Source: Octopus sinensis (taxonomy: Eukaryota). Taken from it: a stretch of DNA of 64,000 nucleotides. Shown here one piece after another: positions 56,932 to 64,000 of this stretch (positions within the stretch are counted from its first letter, which is position 1; each line of letters opens with the position of its first letter). The stretch covers positions 94,240,001-94,304,000 of the forward strand of contig NC_042998.1 of the NCBI RefSeq assembly GCF_006345805.1, given 5' to 3'. Both the position numbers and the translations under genes were made by a program. The notes under the pieces were generated by a model that saw nothing but the letters and a program-made list of their open reading frames with translations, was not told the origin of the DNA and searched no databases.

Positions 56932-58705
56932 ATATATGTATACACACACACATACATATATATATACAACAAGAAAGAATTTTTGTCTCGTTTTATGGAA
57001 ACAAAAGGATTTATATATATATATATATATATACACACACATACACACATATATATATGTTGATATGGAGATAACATATATATAAATATATATCATGTGT
57101 GTGCATGTGTAGGTGGGTGTGCATGCGTGTGTTTTCAAGATTGCAAGACAGTGTGATGTTGTTGGAGAGAAGTGTATGTATGTGAATGCACATAGTTCTA
57201 TGGTTAGAGCAACAAGCTCACAATCATAAGGTAGTGAATTCGATTCCTGGACTGAGCTGTGTGTTGTGTTCTTAAGCAAGACTCTTTATTTCATGTTGCT
57301 CCAGTTCACTGACTTGTAGAAATGAGTCGTGATATCACTGGTGCCAAGCTATATCAGCCTGTGGTTTTCCCTTGGATAACATCAGTGGCATGGAGAGGGG
57401 TGGCTGGTACATATATATATATATATATATATATGTTCGTGTGTCTATGTTTGTCCCCTCCTCGCCCCAACATTGCTTGACAACCGATGCTGGTGTGTTT
57501 ACGTCTCCTGTAACTTAGCGGTTCAGCAAAAGAGACCAATAGAATAAGTACTAGGCTTACAAAAAATAAGTCCTGGGGTTGATTTGGTCGACTAAAGGCG
57601 GTGCTCCAGCATGGCCACAGTCAAATAACTGAAACAAATAAAAGAGTATATGTATGTGTGTGTGTGTATGTGTGTGATTCAATGCTCGAAATGAGGAGTA
57701 GATGGACAACCGACAACTGATGAAGGGTCACTTTTTATGTTACTTGTCCTGTTTTCTATTTGTTTCTCCCGTTTATGTATTCAACTCCTTTGTTTCCATA
57801 TTTCATGCTGTTTCTGGTTTGTCACGTCCTGTACTCATGTGCACATGTGTACATATACTTATATGTATGCACATATATATATTATTTATATTATTATTTG
57901 ACTGAATGCCACACATCCATTTCCAAGTAAGTTTAAAGTTTGAAATGCACATGAGTTGACGTAGTGAATATTTTGGAAATAGATGCTGCTATCTCCAACT
58001 GAAAATTGCAAAGCATGTTTTCTCAAACACAGCATGAAATTAATTGATATTGGTGTATGTAAACTATCTTCAAATTCCATCCTGAAGGTAGGACTAGTTT
58101 TAAAGTTTTCATTGCATTGCTTGTGTGTGTATTTATTGTGGGATTGGTGGTTTTCAAAGCTTTCACTTTCATCTTTGGCAAGTGGTATTTTACCCTTCTT
58201 TTATTCAAATATTTAATATTATACCTATTAAGGTAGAAGTCTTGCTAACCACCTCATTATTACTGTTTTTAACAGCAATAATGCTTTCATATAGTTACTT
58301 TCTTTTATATATATATATATATATCATCATCATCATCATCGTTTAGTGTCTGTTTTACATACTGCCATGGGTTAGATTGTTTGACTAAAACTGGTAAATT
58401 GAAGAGGTGTACCACACACACACACACACGTGTGTGTGTGTGTTACAGCAGTTTTCCTTCTAGAGAAATGTCTAAACAAAGACGAGGGATTTTTCATGCC
58501 CAGTCATTTGAAGGCTGTTTACTTTACTAAATTCATCTGTCCTTTGACAGGTTTTGCTTTTTTTCCTGCAGGTTTCCAATGAAAACCTCCTTCCTTACCA
58601 AGCAGGCTCCCCAATTTAGTCACAAGCAGCCTGACCAGGCGACAGGTTGTACTGGTTTACATGTTGCCAATAGTCTTAAGAGGGACTTTATATATATATA
58701 ATATA

Positions 58706-58752
<47 letters not shown>

Positions 58753-58758
58753 CATGTT

Positions 58759-58808
<50 letters not shown>

Positions 58809-58971
58809 GTGTGTGTGTGTGCCTGTGTGTTACTTTCAACATTTCATCTTAGTAGCCTTCATCGGACTATCTGACAGTGGCTACTGAGACAATCTTAGAT
58901 GTCACAACCCACATTTACTTTTTAAAACCATATGTGAATTGATACTAAATATATTGAGTGATATATCTGGC

Positions 58972-59355
58972 CAAAGGTTTGACTGTGTGGTACGAAGCTT
59001 CCCAACCACATGGTTCTTGGTTCAATCCCAGTGTGTGGAAATTTTAGCAAGTATCTTCTGCTATAGCCTTGAGCCAACCAAAGCCTTGTGAGTGGATTTG
59101 ATAGACAGAAAATGAAAGAATACCATCATGTGTGTGTATGTGTGTGTGTGTGAGTTTGTCCCCCACCACCACTTGACAACTGGTATTGGTGTGTTTACAT
59201 TCCTATAACTTAGCAGTTCAGCAAAAGAGATCAATAGAATAAGTACCAGGCTTGAAAAAGAGAAAGTACTAGGGTTGATTCATTTGAATATAAATTCTTC
59301 AAGGGAGTGCCCCAGCATGGCCGCAGTCTAATGACTGAAACAAGTAAAAGAAAGA
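58972..59355 (+). mobile_element. tRNA-headed SINE, family A variant
   Basis: Same head, body and tail as other copies. Similar copies near 49050, 51920, 57165 and 62660. Confidence 0.75.
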
Positions 59356-59404
59356 AGATACTTTGAGTAATTCTTGATCCCTCTAATAAACAGTAGACCA
59401 GTAG

Positions 59405-59450
<46 letters not shown>

Positions 59451-59581
59451 AACATCTATGCAAATTTTATAAACAAAACATTCAAAAGAGATGTTTCAGG
59501 AACTCAATCATTACTACCATCCACAGCAGGTCACTTTCAGGGCAGTTGACCATTCAACATACTACTGTCATGGCACTCCCG

Positions 59582-59625
<44 letters not shown>

Positions 59626-59724
59626 CCTACCAAGAATTCACAATGACCTCAAGCCCACAAGAGTAAACAAGAGAGAGAGAAACAGGTAGAAACAAGGAAA
59701 ATGCCTCTTGTATTTGAACACTAT

Positions 59725-59876
59725 GCAAATAATATTCTTTTAAAAAACTTTACTTTTAATTTTTCCAAAATTAAATTGTTTTCCATACTTACAGTTGAAA
59801 AAGTCTCAATGACTAAAACCAGTACTGAAATGTTTTTTATAAAATTATTTTAGCATTTTCTATCTTGACTTTTTTT

Positions 59877-59885
<9 letters not shown>
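59725..59885 (+). repeat. Half copy of the 62945-63250 palindromic family
   Basis: Matches the right arm, including the hammerhead-like motif at 59792-59827 with GAAA mutated to AAAA. Confidence 0.85.
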
Positions 59886-59907
<22 letters not shown>

Positions 59908-60164
59908 CTTTTCTACTCCTGGCACAAGGCCTGAAATTTTGGGGAAGGGGGCTAATCGATTAGATTGATATCAGTACGCAACTGGTACTTAATATATAGA
60001 TCCCAAAAGGATGAAAGACAAAGTCGACCTTGGCGGAATATGAACTCAGAACATAAAGACAGACGAAATACCACTAAGCTTTTTGCCTGGCATGCTAACA
60101 TTTCTGCTGGGGAACCGCCTTTTTATGTGTGTGTCTGTGTAATATATATAGACATTGAACAGGA

Positions 60165-60603
60165 TGAGAACTTGTATCAAGTTTGATTTTGTAAATAGAG
60201 TAGCACTTTGGGAGATTTTAGAAAAGCTGGGCTGCCCTGAAAAGTTTGTGAGAATGATTAAACAATTTCCAAGACAGGATGGGTGTGAGGGTTTATGTTG
60301 GAAGTATCCCATCAGATACAATTTCTGTAGAAAATAGTGTGAAACAGGATGATATTCTTGCTCCTGCATCGTTTGCTCTGCATTTTACAATAGTCTTTCA
60401 AATAGCCATGAAGATGAAGATTGTGCTGAAGGGGTCTATATAAGATATATAGGACGGTGTCAAAACTTTTCTACCTTAAAAGACTTTGTGCCAAAATCAA
60501 AGTTCTTCATTCTCACATCATTGAGTTCTTATATGCAGATGATTGTGACCTGTTAGCACATTCCTTGGAAGATATGCAACACATGATGAATGTGATTTCT
60601 ACT
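60165..60603 (+). mobile_element. RTE/BovB-like reverse transcriptase fragment
   Basis: FDFVNRVALWEILEKLGCPEKFVRMI, VKQDDILAP and EFLYADDCDLLAHS. Confidence 0.85.
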
Positions 60604-61138
60604 GCACACACACACACACATACATATGTGTGTGTGTGTGTGTGGAGGCACATGGCTTAGTGGTTAGGGTGTTGGACTCATGATTGTAAGATTGTGGTTT
60701 CATTTCTTGGACGGGGTGATGCATTGTGTTCTTAAGCAAAACACTTCATTTCCTATTGTTCTAGTCCACTCAGCTGGCAAATTTGAGTAATCTGACGATA
60801 GAACGTAATCCCATCCAGGTGGGGAATTTGTATGCCATTGAAACTGGGAAACCCTTATGAGCCTGGCATGGCTCAAGAAGGCCCTTATGAACCTGGCATG
60901 GCTCATGAAGGAAACATTTCTTCTTTCTTTCATATATATATATATATATATATATAAATTCTATAATTATAAGCATAATTATAATTAGAGTTCAGCAAAA
61001 TTTGCTTCACCACATACCAAAATTTAGAAATAGCAGTTAAAATACTATTCTACTACCATAAGATATCTCCCAGACAGCATTACTCAACAACTCATGCAGG
61101 TAAAGAGAAAAAATAATGAATCCACTCAGCTCTGATTA

Positions 61139-61222
61139 ACTGTATACACGTTTCGGGGTTAGAGAGATGTAAAAAAATGTAAAATCATATTTTTACTCAC
61201 TCATTCCCTTCATCAGTACAGT
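61139..61222 (-). ncRNA. Type I hammerhead ribozyme motif
   Basis: ACUGUA-CUGAUGA-A-GGG..CCC-GAAA-C-GU-G-U-A-UACAGU: 6-bp stem I, GUA triplet. Confidence 0.75.
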
Positions 61223-61468
61223 AATTCAAATTTTAAATTTGAGAGCACTGATAATTAACATACGTATTTTCGACCAAGCGCCATCAAATAACATATATCC
61301 AAAGACCAGTACTTCCGAATTCAAACAGACGAATGAGATCTTACATTCCTCCTCAATCACCCACATGTGCCAATGAGGAAATTCCGCAGAAACTGCAACT
61401 TACTATCAGGGAGAGAATTATATTAGCAATAAGAATAAAGGGTAAATTTAATTAATCAATTAATAATT

Positions 61469-61550
61469 ACTGTACTGACGAAGGGAATGAGTGAGTAGAA
61501 ATATGATTTTACATTTTTACATCACTCTAACCCCGAAACACGTATACAGT
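61469..61550 (+). ncRNA. Type I hammerhead ribozyme motif
   Basis: ACUGUA-CUGACGA-A-GGG..GAGUGA..UCACUC..CCC-GAAA-C-AC-G-U-A-UACAGU, with predicted cleavage after 61544. Confidence 0.75.
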
Positions 61551-61880
61551 TAATCAGAGCCGAGTGGATTTGTTACTTTTTTCTCTTTACCTGCATGAGT
61601 TAAGTATTGCTGTCTGGGAGATATCTTATGGTAGTAGAATAGTATTTTAACTGCTATTTCTAAATTTCGGTATGTGGTGAAGCAAATTTTGCTGAACCCT
61701 AATTATAATTATGTGCATAATTATAGAATTTTTGTATAACTTTACTGATAATGGTTCTTTTAACATACCGAACTACTTGGTAAAATTATTAATTATTAAT
61801 TGATTAATTAATTTTACCTTTTATTGTTATTGATCCTTTTTTTCTCCCCTCGTTTCTCTCCTTGTTTTTTTTCTGTGTTC

Positions 61881-62005
61881 CTTTCTGTAGAAGAGCGTAG
61901 GCTCGAAATGTAAAAGACCTTTTCTATTCCTGAGCGTTATACTAATACATCTGTTTGTTTTATACACCACTGTCTTCGTTTTTTGTTTTTTTCGTAAACT
62001 CTCCC
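61881..62005 (+). ncRNA. Minimal hammerhead-like motif with atypical core in a short repeat
   Basis: CUUU-CUGUAGA-A-GAGC-GUAG-GCUC-GAAAU-GUA-AAAG. The tail is shared with 49540 and 52210. Confidence 0.4.
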
Positions 62006-62009
62006 TATA

Positions 62010-62136
<127 letters not shown>

Positions 62137-62907
62137 AATATGGCCTTAGTACTCCATTGGTTAAAATGACGAGGGTCCCAGCTGATACAATCAATGGAAC
62201 AGCCTGCTTGTGAAATTAACGTGCAAGTGGCTGAGCACTCCACAGACATGTGTACCCTTAATGTAGTTCTCAGATGGACTCAGCAGGATGCAGGATGTGA
62301 CAAGGCTGGCCCTTTGAAATACAGGTATTACACATTTTTGCCAGCTGAGTGGACTGGGACAATGTGAAATAAAGAGTCTTGCTCGAGGACACAATGCGTC
62401 CCTATGAATTGAACTCATGACCTTACGATCGTAAGCTGAACACTCTAACTACTAAGCCACATGCCTTCACACACACACACATATTCTAAACAAACTTATA
62501 AGCACCAAGTGAGTCAGTATTCTGCAGCAAATAAAGTAATTCTCAGACAGGATGGCAGTGAAGAAAGATTAGAAAAGCAGGTAAATACAGTTAGGAAATG
62601 GTAAAAGAGAATCAAACACTGTACCTTTCAAATTCCTATATCTTTTACTTAAAGAACCGTTAGTCGAATGAACCTTGTTTTTTTTTTTTGTTTTTTAGTC
62701 TGGCACTTAATCTATCAGTCTCTTTTGCCAAACTGCTATGTCTCAGTGATGTAAACACACCAACACCAGTTGTCAAGCTGTCACAGGGGGCAAACACAGA
62801 CACAAATACACACACATACACACACAAACATGTGTATATGTATATATATATATATGTATATATATGTATGCATGTGTATGTATGTATGTATATATATATT
62901 GATGATG

Positions 62908-62944
<37 letters not shown>

Positions 62945-62950
<6 letters not shown>

Positions 62951-63250
62951 GGAAAAAGTCAAGGTAGAAAATGGTAAAGTAATTTTATAAAAAATATTTC
63001 AGTACTGGTTTCAATCATTGAGACTTTTTCAACTGTAAGTATGGATAACAATAAAATTTTGGAAAAATGAAAAGAAAAGTTTTTTAAAAGTTTTTAAATT
63101 TCTTTTTAAAAACTTTTCTTTTAATTTTTCCAAAATTTAATTATAATTCATACTTACAGTTGAAAAAGTCTCAATGACTGAAACCAGTACCGAAATGTAT
63201 TTTATAAAATTATTTTAGCATTTTCTACCTTGACTTTTTTTTCCATATAT
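62945..63250. mobile_element. 306-bp palindromic element with hammerhead-like motifs (U3-A8 variant) in both arms
   Basis: Arms of about 140 bp flanked by (TA)n. CAG-UUGAAAA-AGUC-UCAAU-GA(C/U)U-GAAA-C-CA-G-U-A-C(U/C)G at 63000-63035 (-) and 63157-63192 (+). Confidence 0.7.
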
Positions 63251-63297
63251 ATCAACTTGCATGTTCCTTTTCAACCTTCTACATATATATATATATA

Positions 63298-64000
63298 TCC
63301 CTGGCCTGGCAGTGTTACCGAGAAGTGGTACCCGTTCGGGATAAGCTCTACAGACATGGCTCAAGAAACACGGGGCCAACCTGCCCAAGATGCGGTCAGA
63401 GCGCCGAAACCGTTCTGCACACACTCGTGCAGTGTCCAGCCATTTCCGACTTGTAGGCTTATGTCGAACAACTGCTGTCATGTGTAGGACGAGTCGATTT
63501 ATCAGCCAAGTCTATTGTCAATATCGTCACACCGCCTTCCTTCAAACAGGGAGGAAGAGCTATTTTCATCATACTGGTGAAAGAATGTATCTGGTGGACG
63601 CATCTGAAAGGATTGGAGACAAACACTTTCCTCTCTGGTCAATCTCTCACCAACTTCTTCAAGTATCACTTGGAAAGGAAAGTGAGAGTAGAGAGGCAAG
63701 TTTTGTCTAGTGAATATTTCGAAAAAAGATGGGTGAATGTAGAAAGGATGGCATGTATGAATGATGAAGCCACCTTGAGCATAATCCTATGAACCTGGAA
63801 AATTTAAAAAGAGAGTTACTTACTTGCAAATAAATGTGTTAACATGTGACATTATTGACCGAGGTTACCGTGGTCTTTTCCGTAGGTTTTTCTTTCCACG
63901 GATAAACCTTATCTGCTACCCCTTTACACTTTACACCATGACATCTCTGTAATACACGATCCCTATTGATCGTTTTTTTTTTCTTTCTTTCCTTTTTACG
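63298..64000 (+). mobile_element. 5'-truncated Tx1/L1-like LINE: ORF2 C-terminus plus 3' UTR
   Basis: Single frame AWQCYREVVPVRDKL..CPRCGQSAETVLHTLVQCP..(one stop)..KRWVNVERM..SIIL* ending at 63792, with a CCHC finger typical of L1-type ORF2. Runs off the window. Confidence 0.85.

Larger units (their letters stand above)
60956..61832. mobile_element. Foldback element with about 270-bp arms, each containing a complete hammerhead motif
   Basis: 60956-61226 is inverted at 61464-61731; a second pair 61427-61469 is inverted at 61790-61832. Confidence 0.85.

Noticed and set aside
57717-57760. CTGATGAAGGG hammerhead-like start
   Set aside because: No downstream GAAA or closing stems.

Overview
AT-rich eukaryotic DNA with no confidently identifiable host gene, probably intronic or intergenic. 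It resembles an octopus/coleoid cephalopod genome (inferred from the repeat landscape, not database-checked). The window consists of microsatellites and stacked mobile elements: three Helitrons (one with a Pif1-type helicase fragment), two mariner and one Tc1-like DNA transposon, RTE LINEs and their (GAT)n-tailed short derivatives, two tRNA-headed SINE families, Tx1/L1-like pieces and at least three Penelope-like element (PLE) remnants. Most short ORFs in the track are microsatellite artefacts. The main unexplained signal is about 14 type-I hammerhead-ribozyme-like motifs from about seven sequence families, found by hand pairing. Eight of them form four inverted (foldback) pairs with one hammerhead per strand, and one family carries the U3-A8 core covariation. 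Also notable is an ORF1/gag-only retroelement with target-site duplication sitting in a SINE head, with a mariner inserted into that duplication. Coordinates were read by hand; repeat edges may be off by a few to tens of bases. No ribozyme activity has been tested.
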